A stretch of DNA of 64,000 bases from Octopus vulgaris (GCA_951406725.2 OX597817.1:23622001-23686000), one strand, 5' to 3'. Positions 31,819 through 45,670 are shown, counted from the stretch's first letter. A program made the numbers and translations. Notes: generated by a model not told the origin, from the sequence alone.

Positions 31819-31824
31819 GTATCA

Positions 31825-32070
31825 GAAGGCGCGTGGCCTTGTGGTTAGGCTTTAACACTCACGATCGCTAGATCATGGGTTCCATTCCCTGAGAGGGCAG
31901 CGCGTTGTGTTCTTGAGCAAAATACTTCATTTCCTGTTACTCCAGTCCCCCTTTCGATCAGTGGAGGAATGTTGGCCTGTTCGCCTAGCCAGTGGGATAG
32001 CGTCATTTAAAGGCTAAAACAATGTAAAACGTTTTGTGACCGGCTATGTGTTACAGCATCTGTTATTCTG
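31825..32070 (+). mobile_element. Diverged SINE family B-related copy
   Basis: GAAGGCGCGTGGCCTTGTGGTTAGG...GTGTTCTTGAGCAAAATACTT; its tail is shared with 23729-23830. Confidence 0.7.
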
Positions 32071-33119
32071 TTGGTACTTCCTTGCCTAGAGAGATTGTCT
32101 CGAACAAGCATTGTAACCCTATAGCACCGCTATGCTGAAGGCTTCTGGAAATGGATCGTGATCCTCGGACAGAAAAATCTACCCGAATAGACCACAGAGA
32201 TTGTTCTCGTCGATGCCTAGTATCAATCCTAGGCCATCGTTGCTCATACCATCAACTAGCCCCGTATAGAAACATTGGGTTGTTTTCACGCCAAGTCTTT
32301 TGTCTACCTGGTACAATGCAGTGAGCGTCTGGCAACATTAAGCACCTAATCTTGGTCTACGTTTGGCCCATGACTACAGCTCCATCAATGAGATGAGCTG
32401 CAGAAAGTCATCTCATCTCACACGAAGGACCCCCGCACAAGTTCATCCTTGTTTTCGTCGCCGTCGTTCACACCGTCAAACAGATTTACATATTTCTACA
32501 GGTGCGTCAGCCTCAACACGTGGCTTCGCATCATCAAGGATGGCACCCCAAGACCACTACGGAGTGCATATTGGCAGTAAATGGATTTCCTGACCTGCGG
32601 GACCTGACCCTTTAATAAGAATCGAGAGAGCAAGTGCTCTAGTTTTCGACGGCCAGGCGATACTACACTACCGAATCGATGTATGCATTCGCTACTTTCG
32701 TCTGGCCGTTTGGAGACAACATCCACTCTGCCTATTTCTGGCTGAGCTTGGCCATCCTGACAATGACCGCTTCCCAGTTCCTATCTATCTGGAGATCTAG
32801 TACCTGGAGATCTAGTCCGAACCAGACTCTGAGCACTTTCACTGTCCCTCCGCCCAGAGACAGAAATCGCCGCTAGTCAACATGGATTTGCCTCTCCACA
32901 AGCCTAGTTTCAAATCTACCGATTTGCCTGTTTCATATGTACTTTTGTACATAGCTGACATTTTTCAGTATAGCTTCAAACATTTCCGTTTTCGAAGAGT
33001 CAGACACCCCTGTGGCCTAATTCCAGCGGAATGCACCTCAAATTCTCCAGTCTTCGCAGCAAATGTCCTAATGCCAAAACATATAAAAACAGAGATAAGG
33101 GACATCAGTATTGAAGTGA

Positions 33120-34295
33120 GCATTCAATACTGAAGGGTTCTGGTGGGTGGCTACTTAATTTGACGACCGAGCAGATGCCACTATACATTTTGGTGATTTA
33201 GCCTCTGATGACGGTACCGAAGCCGACAGTTTTTAAGACAACCACCAGATAGCGATGCCCCACCCCCTGTTAAATGCCTTGAACTGGTCCAAATTGACCA
33301 CTGCCCTCCAAAACCAGATCTGCTCTACGATGTATCGTATGAGATTGAGGATTTTGTGGATAAACCTACAGGAGATCTCACAGATTTGTGCATTCCCTCA
33401 CTCACAATACGGACAACAAGCGCCAGTATCTTAGCGAGTACCCCAGCTAAAATCTTAAAGTCAGTGCTGAGGTGAGTTACAAATCTGTAGTTTTCAACCA
33501 CGTCACACTTGTTCGGGTCCTTCCTCAGCAGGGTTACTACTCCTCGGCTCATACAACTTGGAATGCTCTCAGTTTGTTGACAGGTGCTCTACGCTGCTGT
33601 CAAAACTGGAGCAATCAAATCTGACACGTGTATATATAGCTCATGGGTGAGACCATCAAATCCTGATCATTGCGTCCCAAATAGCAGCTCAATACTTCTG
33701 CAATTTCCTCCTCTGAAACTGCCATGTCGCAACACACAATCTCCTTGTCTGAATTGCGCAGCATTCCATCGCGTAGTCCTGAAAGCCCGTTGTCTCAAGT
33801 ATATCACTCTTGGAAAAGAGGTCGGTAAAATGCTGCTGAAACGTCGCGTAAATTTCTTTCAAATCGGAGAGCACACGGCCGATATGGTCCGTCACACACC
33901 GAATTCTAGATTGTTGCCGTGTTGTTTCAGAGCACGTAACACTAGCTCGGACAATACAACCCTCGTATTTCACGTCGAAGAACTGGGGTATGCACCATCC
34001 TTATCGCTAGCATGTCATTTGCTTTCCTTTCGAGCTGTGTGCCACGTTTATAGGTTCAGTTGCGTGCCCACAAACGTCTTGGATTTAGGTGTGTGTTACA
34101 TGTGTATTTTCACCCGCTCTCACTCTTTTTCTTTCTTTTGGCGGAGGATCGCTCGACGATCACTCCCTCGGGGTATTTTGTCTCGCCCGACACCCCTTCT
34201 TTATCCGAGGAGTCAGCAGGATTTTCGTTGACTATTTTGCTGTTTTGTGCTAGTCATTGCAGACGCCGCTGCTTTCCTCTTTGGGATTGCAATGA
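33120..34295 (-). mobile_element. L1/Tx1-clade LINE ORF2 fragment (RT N-terminal domains)
   Basis: MSRGVVTLLRKDPNK...NYRFVTHLSTDFKILAGVLAK...VNLDQFKAFNR matches NYRPITLLNxDxKILAxVLA and LDQxKAFDRV; may extend further in both directions. Confidence 0.82.
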
Positions 34296-35668
34296 ATTTG
34301 GCGTTTGGAATAGTGGTGCAGCGTGAGGTACCTTTCACGACTTCTTCAAAGTAAGACAGATAACTTTTATGTGATCAGTTTTGCCACAACTATAACATCT
34401 CAGTTTTCTACCCTCCATGACCACATGCATCTGCTTGCACTCTCTGAAACAGAGAGAGTCTGGTGTGGCATGGTATATCAGAACTTGGAACTCCATAGAC
34501 AATCTTGTTTTATTTTGTTGGGGGCTTGTTGTTAAATTTATTATCTACCAGTGCTCCTCTGACATGGTCATTGCTCTAGCCTGGTCCCCATAAGGAGGTA
34601 TGTTTGAGACCCTCATCTTGGTCGTACGACGTCCCATGTATAAAAGTGAGCATCAGGAACGAGTCTGAAGAGCAGGTCACTGTTGCCATCCTTTGCACTT
34701 TCCCTTCCTTACTGCAGATAGCGACCATATTTCCATATTGCCTTCCTCGGCAGATATAAACAATGGAAGACCATATTTCTTCCAGACGTTTTTCTATTTC
34801 ACCTGGGGAAGGGTATTGTGGCTTACATAGTATTGATTTTGTTTATCGACTCATTTCCTATTCTAGATCTATGAATGATATATTTCTGATATGTTTTAAT
34901 AACCTATGCTTTCTCTTGCAAGGAATGTGTGATTCACTTATTTATAATACTTGCAAAGAAAGAATATTTTTTTTTCCTTTGCGTATGTTTTCTCGTTACT
35001 GTCTTCGTAAAAAGCATTACTGTTGTCTTGTTTGTTGAAGACGTTACTACTGTTGACGTTTTATACTATGATAGCTGTTGTTGCTGTTTCCGTTACAGTT
35101 GCTGGATCTGTCACGGGTCATGTTTTGCTGTTGACGTTGCTGTTGCAGTCGTTGGTAACGTTAGAGGTGGTGTTATTGTTCGTAGGTTTTTTACTACTGT
35201 CACTGGAAGTAGCAATCTCCATGCATGGTTGACTACTCTGGAGCACAAGAAAACTAATACATTTTCTCCTACAACCACTGCTCTCTTTAAAATTGTTCCA
35301 TCTTTTGAGAAAAAGTTGAATAGTAAATATATATCTCAAAACGATTTTGGAACGGGTGGAAAGCGCGTTCCGTGATTGAAACTGAGTGAATCTTTTCCAG
35401 AACACACTTGGGTACATCTGCAAAACAATAGTCACAATTTCGGCGGCCGAAAACGGCAAAGAGAAACAACATTAGAGAGAACTCACCAGCGATGATTAGA
35501 GCATGGTTTCCACGTTTAATAGCAATAATAATGATACTAATAATATCGACACTGAAAGCATGAAAGCGATCTCGGCAGAGTTTGAACTCGGAATGTGAAA
35601 ACGAATGAAATGCAACTCAGCATTTTTTGCTCGGTTTGCTAATAATTCTACCAGCTTGCTGTCTTAAT

Positions 35669-36310
<642 letters not shown>

Positions 36311-36320
36311 AATAATAATA

Positions 36321-36381
<61 letters not shown>

Positions 36382-36444
36382 CGATGACGACGACGATGAT
36401 GATGATGATGATGATGATTATGAAGAGGAGGAGGAGGAGGGTAA

Positions 36445-36895
36445 ATGCCTTGATGCACTACCAAGCTGTGACTCTCGTGGCTTTTGATCTTAACTGATTG
36501 GGAGTGTTATCATGTACAGTGTTTTGTCTTGGTCTAAAAGATAGGTTACAGCAAATATTCTGCTCCATACCATAGACTTGCTTGTCAGTTGCTTGACCTT
36601 AAACATTTGAGCATGTCCCTTAATGACTGATCATGAGCAGAAGTAATGAGTGTGTTGTTCATCGTTCTAAAGCAAACCTTATTTAGGGATTTTTTGAGCA
36701 GGATGGGCTATTCAACCTGAATAAAATTATAAATGGGCCCCACCTGCAAAACCATATGCTGTTTATTTTGATATGAGATTACTATGTCGCGCACATATGC
36801 TTGTGATGCATGAGCCTAGTGTACCCTTATCATGATGTGTAAAATGGGTTTCGTATATTTTACCCGTGTCACTTTGATGCGCTACTCTTTCATTC
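36445..36895. mobile_element. Family T older, internally deleted copy
   Basis: Colinear with the other copies; followed by (AAC/AAT)n. Confidence 0.8.
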
Positions 36896-36922
36896 AATAA
36901 TAACAACAACAACGATCATAAC

Positions 36923-36973
<51 letters not shown>

Positions 36974-36979
36974 TACTTA

Positions 36980-37770
36980 GGGCTATTGGAAATGGATTAA
37001 TTACTAGCAGTAAGAAGGTCAGGTTTGTGTTGGTTGGAAGGTTGTAAAGATAAAGCACTGTACAAGCACTTGAGAATGAATGAAACTGAAAATGGGTGTA
37101 TAAAGAAAAGAATGCATGGACAATTTCATAGGGATGTTGAACATAAGACAGTCAGAGAAAAAAGACGGCTATGGATGATTAAATGTGATTTAAAACCGGA
37201 AACGGAGGCTCCAATGTATGTTGCCCAAGAGCAAACATTAAGAACCAATTACATCAAATACAGAATAGAGAATGCGTCAGAAAGTGATAAGTGCAGAATT
37301 TGTAATCAAAATGGTGAAACCATTCGGCATATTACCTGTACACCGCTAACTCAGAAAGAATATAAGAGACGTCATGACAATATAGCAAGGATTGTCCATT
37401 GGACATTTTGCAACCAATATATTCTTGACAGAGCAAAATGTGGTACGAACATAAACACGAAGGCATCATCGAAAATGATAATGCAAAGATCCATTGGGAT
37501 TTTATGATTCAATACGGCCACGATATAGAGAATAGGATACCAGACATAGTGTTAATGGAGAAAGAAACCGAACGATACTGTATCATAGATATAGCATACC
37601 CAGCTGACAACAAGGTATGCGATAAGGAAGAAAGAAAAGTCGATAGATATAACAGGTTAGCTTGGGAGGTTAAGCGGTTTTGGTAGCTGAAAAAGGTGGT
37701 AGTAGTACCAATAATTTTCAGAGGCCTGGGAACAGTGATTAAAAATTTTGAAAAGTTCATGGAAATCAAG
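36980..37770 (+). mobile_element. R4/Dong-clade non-LTR retrotransposon C-terminus (CCHC finger and restriction-like endonuclease), frameshifted
   Basis: MHGQFHR...LKPETE...AQEQTLRTNY...CRICNQNGETIRHI...YKRRHD; IHWDFMIQ...NRIPDIV...IIDIAYP...KEERKVDRY; lies directly after a (TAA)n tract. Confidence 0.9.
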
Positions 37771-40150
37771 ACAGCTGACTATATTTGGACGAAAACAAGT
37801 TAGCAAATGTTAGGTGGGATATCTTCAGAAATAACTGCGATCAAGCGCTCATCGGAAAATGACCAAAAAAATAAGAAAGCAAGGAAATGAAAAACCAGAC
37901 GAAGAGAGCAACTCTCCACGACTTTCAATTGAAAGACTGCCATCTGACCAGAACATGCAAACGTCTAGAGAAATAAATTGTAACGAACCTGATAAAAATA
38001 GCGAGGATAGTAGTAAAGAAACAATATTTGAAGACTACACTTTTACTGAAGAACATAGAGTCTTTGATAGAACCGAAGCAGAAAATCCTGAATAAGTTTG
38101 CAATTGTAAGACACGCTAATATGCATGATAGATAAACACTTCATAAGCTCTCAAATACAATCCAGAATAGAAAAACAAATTAAAATGTGAAACTATGTAA
38201 CAAAGGAAATTAGAAAAGAACTAAAACCAGATTTCATTGAATTAAATGAAATTATTTACGCGGCTGCTAATACAATTGAAACCAATTGCATGCCTCTGAA
38301 AAAAAAAAGATTCAAACCTTAGAAGAAATCCAAACTGGAAAAGTAAAATTGAAAAAGAGATTGAAATAATGAGAGGTGAAATATCAACATTGAATGAACT
38401 AAGTTGTGGAAAAAATATAAAACCCAGAAAAGGAAGAAAGATGAAAAGAAAACAGATTTTAACGAAGAGAAGAACTGCTTTCAATAAAGAAACACTGCAA
38501 CAAAATGTCCCAGCAAAATCTCAAAGAATACAAAGATTTGACAAGAGAAACAAAATTTACAAGCAAAATAAGCAGTTCACATTGAATGCCAAAGCATTCT
38601 ACAGTGAAATAGGGAAAGAGAAAATAAACTATGAAGAGACCCGCCGCCATTGAAGAAGTTGAAAGCTTCTGGATAAATATACGGAGTAATGAAAAGATTT
38701 ACAATGAAAATGCAGACTGGATTAGACACACGGAAGGATCCTACCAAATATTTCAAGGACAAGCATGGGGGGCATCACAGAAGCAGACCTAGTGATGACA
38801 CTCACGAAGGCTCATAAGTGGAAATCTAGTGATGATAGGGTGCACATTTCTGGCTCGCCAAGTTCCTGTGCGCACACGGAAGTTAGTCAAGTTAGACAAT
38901 GGAATTATGAGAGATCCTACGAAAACACCTGATTGCATAGCAATCACAAAGTTTACCAAAACCCGAAGAATAATGAAACCAAATTTCCCCCAAACTATCG
39001 ACCCATAACATATCTGTCTACCACGTATAAAATTTTCACATCCATCCTCCTGGAGAAAACATACAAATTAAATGAACGGAACAATATTTTCCCCATTAAA
39101 CAAAAAGGGTGGCGATGAGGCTCCTATTACACCACAGTTATGAAGTACTGACCACAAAAAGTATCTTCCATGGCGACTAACTTTCACCTTTAATTTTCTG
39201 CATAGCCCTAATACCCCTTACAGAATAGGTTATGGATATGAAATTGGCGACAAGAAAATAAGTAATCTATTTTATACAGATGACCGAAGACTCTACGGCA
39301 AAGGTGATAATGAGCTTGAAGGATTATTACGTACTGTTATAGCACTCAGTGATGACATTGGGATGGAATTATTTGTGTTGATAAATGTGCCAAAGCCACT
39401 TTCGAGAAAGGGAAACAGAAGACCTCACATTCAGTTGTGTTGGATATTGACACAGTCATAAAATAACTCGAGGAGGGACAAACATACAAATACCTCGGAA
39501 TAAATGAGGGCTCTGGCTTTTAACATGTAAATATGAAAGAGATGATGAGGAAGGAGTGTTATAGGAGAGTTCGAGCAGTTATAAAATCCGAATTAAATGC
39601 ACGTGACAAGGTGTTAGCTATAGATTCTTTAGCAGTTCCGGTTGTTATTTACAGTTTCTGTGTTGAACTAGAATATGAACGAAATAAGGAAGATTGACAG
39701 GAAAATCCGTAAGCTGCTGACTTGCAATAAGATGCACCACCTAAAGGTAGATGCAGATCGTCTTTACCCACCCAAAGCTGAAGGATGTCGTGCTTGATCT
39801 AGTTTGAAATATATAAAACTACCGCAATTGGACTGGCAAAATATCTTGAAATATCTAACGACTGGATTCTAAAGGTCATTGAAAACCACGAAAGATGTAA
39901 GAAGCCTCATTCTGTTATGAAAGAGAGCAAAAAATTTTCAAACTCGTTTATGCATAACACCCAGGTAGAACAGCATGAGAGAAGTGCAGCAACTGTAGTT
40001 GCAAAGAAGGTGACATCAATGACAAAACAAAATGCACTTGAACAATTGGCTGATAGGTGGGAACAAAAACCTCTGCATGGCAAATATGTGACCCGTAGCA
40101 AACAAACTGATGTACACCTATCAGTAGCAAGGGAGCTCAAGGCTAAAAGC
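37771..40150 (+). mobile_element. Second R4/Dong-clade element: N-terminal region and partly deleted RT
   Basis: PNWKSKIEKEIEIMRGEIS; AKSQRIQRF...QNKQF; NYRPITYLSTTYKIFTSIL; ISNLFYTDD; DDIGME; DKCAK; YKYLGI; WEQKPLHGKY; many stops and frameshifts. Confidence 0.88.
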
Positions 40151-40480
40151 AGAGAGTGTCTTAAGTTGTACGTCACACGTATTGAGAAGAGCATTGTCGC
40201 TGTGAATTTTCCTTCCTTTTCCCCTTTAATTTTATTTGTTTACATTTCAATTTTTATTTTTTCCTTTCTCTCTCTTTTTTTCTCTCTCTTCCCCTTTTCC
40301 TCTATCACATAATTCTGTAAATGAACCATCTTGTGTGTTTGTTTTAATGGCCTAATAATGTATGCAGTAGGTATCAGGAAGACACTCGCCCGAAATGGTA
40401 ACAGAACAGAAAGAAGTTAATGAAAATGGTAACGGTGTAATAATAGTAATGGTGGTAATACTGATAACAATAAACAATAC

Positions 40481-40925
40481 CCAACGGTGGCTCTCATGGC
40501 TTCTGATCTTAGCTGGCTGGAGGTGTTATCATGTGCATTGTTTTCTCTTGGTGTAAAGGACGGGCTACCACGGGTGTTCTGCTCAATACCACAGATTTGC
40601 TTGTAACTTGCTTGACTATGACCAGTTGAGCCTGTCCTTTGGTGGCTGACGATATGTGCATCTCTGATCTGGGACGGAAGTGGTGGAGGTGTCGAGCTAT
40701 GTGTTGAGAGGAGTTATTTGGGGTTTGCACGGTTCGCCTTTAGAAGCATGGGTGTTTTGTTCAACATCCTTGAGCAGCCCTTGTTCGGCGACCTTTTGAG
40801 CAGGTTGGGCTGCTCGATCTGGAGAGAGTTCCAGCTGGGCCCCGCCTGCAGGGTCGTGTGCTTTTTGTCTTGATATGGGATCGCTATGTCGCGCACATGT
40901 GGGGCTGTGGTGCATATCCTGGTTC
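40481..40925. mobile_element. Family T copy with A>G hypermutation
   Basis: Colinear with the 27488 and 35776 copies but carries about 35 A>G substitutions on the + strand. Confidence 0.85.
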
Positions 40926-40973
40926 TTGTGCATGAAAGAGAAGAAGAAGTAGAAGAAGAAGAAAAAGAAATAT

Positions 40974-41098
<125 letters not shown>

Positions 41099-42068
41099 AT
41101 CCAGCGATAGTTGCTCATACCAATGCAGATATGCATTTCACATTGCGACATGGAATGACAAGAATACCGTAATTCTATGAGCATCGCTCTTCTAACTAAT
41201 TAGTGTGAATTTCAAGGCACGTAGGGAGAGAAAACGGTAAGACTATACTTTTATTGATGTGACAACGAAATTGGTGGACGTAAGAGCATAGACACTAGAA
41301 ATTGCAATTTAGATGCGGGCTGTCCAATTGATATGATACAACAGTAAATAGGATATCTCTTTTATATGGATAAATTAAATCAAAACTATCAAAATGTTTT
41401 CGCTGAGAACTAACACATGTGAACTAGCGCAGCTATATTAAGGTAATTAAGGGATGGCTTATATAAATGTCCAATTAAAGATACAGCTATAATATAATTC
41501 TATAAAATATACGCACGTGCGCAAATAATGAACTTAAACGTACACACATGCACGTATGTATGTGTCATTTAGTTGTGTATGTATATATGCATGTATGCAT
41601 GCAGGCATGCATATAAGTATTATAAAACTATTTCGATCTATGAAAATAAGTCTACACATAAAGTGCTTATACATACAATAAGAAATGTATAGAGGCATAC
41701 AAACATCCACGCATGCATGACTATCTCTATTGATCTATCTTTCTAGCTGTGTACATGTATATGTGTATATGACGAAGCATGGCTTGGTGCTTACAGAGTT
41801 GCATTCATGATATCTGGATCGCGGTTTCAATTCCTAGATCGGCTGGTGCGCTTTGTTCTTCAGGAAAACAATTTACCTCATGTTGTTCTGCGATCACTTC
41901 TGCCGCGTAGCACACACCTGCCGCGTAGCACACGGCGCACTTGAGGCGCACTTGAGGGATAGAGTGAGATAATATCTGGTACGAGCATTCTATCACTATA
42001 AGCATAAGCAAATTATTTGTGCAGGTTGGTCAGTAAAAGATGAACGCTCATACGTTGTATATATATAC

Positions 42069-42137
<69 letters not shown>

Positions 42138-42407
42138 TGTGTGTGTGTGTGTATACATATATGTAAATATGTATGTATATATATTTACATATATGTATGT
42201 GTATATGTAGGCTTAGATTTTCCTTTGGGGCTGGCCAGATCGGAACAATCTCAAGATTAATCAGCTGAAATTGCGAGGATGATCCGGTTCTTGACTGAAG
42301 ATTGAAGGCTTCGAATGTCCCGTCCATGATTTTTGTATCGTCTACTAAATGTTTTGCGTTCTTGTCTCAGTTTGTATTTTTTTACATATACATATATATA
42401 TATGTTT

Positions 42408-42452
<45 letters not shown>

Positions 42453-42457
42453 CACAC

Positions 42458-42501
42458 ACACAACGTTTCGGCTGATATATCCTTCAGCCTTCATCGGGTG
42501 T
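42458..42501 (-). ncRNA. Minimal type I hammerhead-like motif (U4>C core variant)
   Basis: Reverse complement: ACAC-CcGAUGA-A-GGCUGA-aggauaua-UCAGCC-GAA-ACGU-U-GUGU; stems I and II perfect, palindromic ACGU stem III. Confidence 0.65.
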
Positions 42502-42515
42502 CCTGGCAAAATTTC

Positions 42516-42560
42516 GAACCTGATGAAGGCTGGAGGGTATATTATCGGAAACGTTGTGTT
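42516..42560 (+). ncRNA. Inverted second copy of the hammerhead-like motif (core intact, stems eroded)
   Basis: CUGAUGA-A-GGCUGG...GAAACGUUGUGU. Confidence 0.5.
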
Positions 42561-43119
42561 AACAGCAAACATGATGAGGACAAATATCCGCCAATTGTAA
42601 ATAATGCAAATAATGTACATAATTCCTCATCTCTTAAATATAGAACTGTATTAGTCATGGCTGACAGACAATTTCTGAAACCACACCGGCCCAAACATCT
42701 GTCCACCTAACTCCCCAGACTGCAATCTCCTTGATTATTATGTATGGGGCGCAGTTAATCAAGAGACCAATAATGATAATATGATGCAGCTGCTAATACT
42801 ACAGATACTACTATTATAATAGCACAGGAATCTGAGGCCCAACTACCACCCTTACCACTACTCTCACCCCTGCTACTGTTGCTGTTGCTGCCACCGCAGC
42901 TGCTATTACACATAAAAACAATATCAGCGATACAGTGATGATGATGATAATAATGATAATGAAAGGAAACGGTTGGAGCCTCCCATGGACTGATTAATGA
43001 TACATCTAGTGATGGTGTCACAATAATAACACAACAGTGATAAATGCGCAAACTGATAATCGCTACCTCACATGAATGCCAATGAAAGAACAAAATATTT
43101 TTCATAACGGTGGTAATGA

Positions 43120-44380
43120 AACTGAAGCGAATGGTGGTGGCAGTGTTCCAACCGGCAGGCTCGGAGATTCTGGCCTGGCTCCAGCGTAGATGGAGCAAGC
43201 AAATTAATGCTGTGGTCATAGAGTGTTACTACATGAGCAGCCCGGTAGATGAAAATGGTGCACAAATTAGGGGTTACCGACAACGTATGTATGATCCTTA
43301 GAGAGAAAAATGTTTGTTTCAACTCACGGAACAGAGATTACGTGATCAAGCTAGAGCAATAAGAAAAAATCGTTGGTTCATAGAAGTGAGCTCGAAGCTA
43401 TCAAAAGACGGGACTTGGACAATAGAAGCAGAAGATACGAAGAAAATACAGTACTTACTGATAAGAGTAATCTCATAACACAGGAAATGAGCAGTGGTAG
43501 TTTACTTGATGAGAGACACATAGATGATCTAAAAGAAGACAATAAAACTAATGGTGACATGACAGATTAACAAAAGGCAATCTACAGCAGAATAAAGGTA
43601 AGACTACGGGAGAACGATATCGACATTATTTGCAACCTTAAAAATGTTGATCGATGGAAATTGAACCAAGAAACGAAAAATGTCAATGAAATTCTGAAAT
43701 ACGTCAGAACAAACAGCATCACAGAAACAAATAATTTGATCAAGGCAGCAAGTATTGTTGTAGCAGAAAACGTGGGTGTTGATGTCAAGAAAAAAAATAT
43801 AAAGGGAGTGAAAAAAGAAAAGACCCATGGTGGAAAAGAAAAATACAGGTAGAATTAAAAGCGAACAAAAATACAGGGCGCTGAAGAGGAAGTATAATAT
43901 CGATAATATTGAAAGAGAGGGCCTGAAAGTGGTGATGGAGGAACTGAAACAGCGCCTCGTTGCAAAGAAAGCAAAGATGGTAAGATACAACCAGAGAATG
44001 AAGGGTTACCACCAGAAGAGGTTATTCAAAGTAGATCAGAAGAGATACAATAGAGAAATAAATGGACAGTGTACAAATGAAAAGTTGATACCAGATAACA
44101 TCTGGAGTAACATCTGGAGTAACATCTGGAGCAAAGACAAAGAGCACTAGAAGAATGGTGAATGGTTGCAAGAACTGAAACAAGCAATGGTCTGTCTTAG
44201 ACAGGCAGAACTAATCATTTCAGTTAGAGAAGTGAAAGAAATCAACAAAAATTAGTAAAGATGAAACCCAAGTCAGTTCCCTCGATGATATGGTGTATAA
44301 CTTCAGTGCTGATATCAGAATGGAGTTTGAACTGAGAAAGTGTGGTGTATTAGTCTTGAAGAGAGGCAAGATCAAATAGG
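43120..44380 (+). mobile_element. R4/Dong-clade element, N-terminal fragment with internal deletions
   Basis: WSKQINAVVIECYYMSSP...RGYRQRMY; TEQRLRDQARAIRKN; TNSITETNNLIKAAS; EELKQRLVAKKAKMVRYNQR; FSADIRMEFELRKCG. Confidence 0.85.
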
Positions 44381-44513
44381 GGCCTGCAGTAAGGGTGAAG
44401 CACTTGCGGAACCACCCGAATACTCCTCAATGTGGTCGAAAAATAAGAGGTATTACATTAGTTCGCTGACACCGTAGTACATCTCCAGCGTTAGAGGCTG
44501 TGCAAAGGCAACG

Positions 44514-44590
<77 letters not shown>

Positions 44591-45249
44591 TATAATAATA
44601 ATGATAATAATGATAATAATAATAATAAACACACAATGCCTGAAATTTTGAGTGTGTGAAACAGTGGATTACATCGATACCAGTGCTTCACTGGTACTTA
44701 ATTTATGGATCCCGAAAGAATGAAATGCAAAGAGGACCTCAGCGGAACTTGAACTCAGAACGTATACCATGAATTCCTTGACTATGCCGATAGTAATGTA
44801 TAGCTTTGATTTTAAAGTGGTGTATCACTGAAATTAGAAGAATGTATACATAAATACTCAATTTCTCACAATGCACCTTTGTCCGCCATTGGCAGATAAA
44901 GGCAATTTAAATATTCCAGGAAAGAATTAAGTGCGTGAACTAAAGCAGCTGCATCCGTCTCTAATGTCAGCCAACATGTGCTTAGACAGCTTCCTGAAGA
45001 AACATGAAACCTGAGTCTGTATGCGAGCTTGAAAGTACAAAGACACTACACTAAGTATCAGAAGAATCAAAGAATATTGTAAGGAATTAAAGACCGCCGT
45101 GTTTGAGACGCAAATAAATGAAGAAAAACACGCTGAGAGCAAATAAAACATAAACTAATTCAAATGGAATTCCAGAGGTGCGTAAAAGATGGGAACGTTC
45201 TGTGTTTTACTCCCTATATTATGAGTTATTACTTATAACTACATGTTCA

Positions 45250-45600
45250 TTTGAGAACACCTCCTTTTTTTTCTTTTACTTCTTTTAGTCATTCAACTGC
45301 TGCCTTGCTGGAGTACCGCCTTGCAGAGTTTTTGTCGAACAAATCGACCCTGGAACATATTTCCTTCAAGCCGAGTACTTATTTGACCGGTCATTTTGCT
45401 GAATCGCTAACACAGACACAAAGGAAGCTCACACACTGATACAGATACATACAGCGGCTTCCTTCAGTTTCCATCTACCAAATCCACTCACACGGATTTG
45501 ATCGACCCAACGTTATACTAGAAGACACTTGCCATGCAGTGAGACTAAAACCGGAAGCATATGGTAGTGAAACAAGCTTCTTACCACAAAGTCACGCCTG
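45250..45600 (-). mobile_element. Diverged SINE family C copy
   Basis: Reverse-complement similarity to 61982-62385 (CAGTTTCCATCTACCAAATCCACTCAC; AGAAGACACTTGCC). Confidence 0.7.
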
Positions 45601-45604
45601 CATA

Positions 45605-45670
<66 letters not shown>

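Noticed and set aside
40481-40925. CpG decay or APOBEC editing as the cause of the biased differences
   Set aside because: Both would need the G-rich copy to be ancestral and several sister copies of different ages to share G>A at non-CpG sites; this is less parsimonious, though not formally excluded without a genome-wide consensus.
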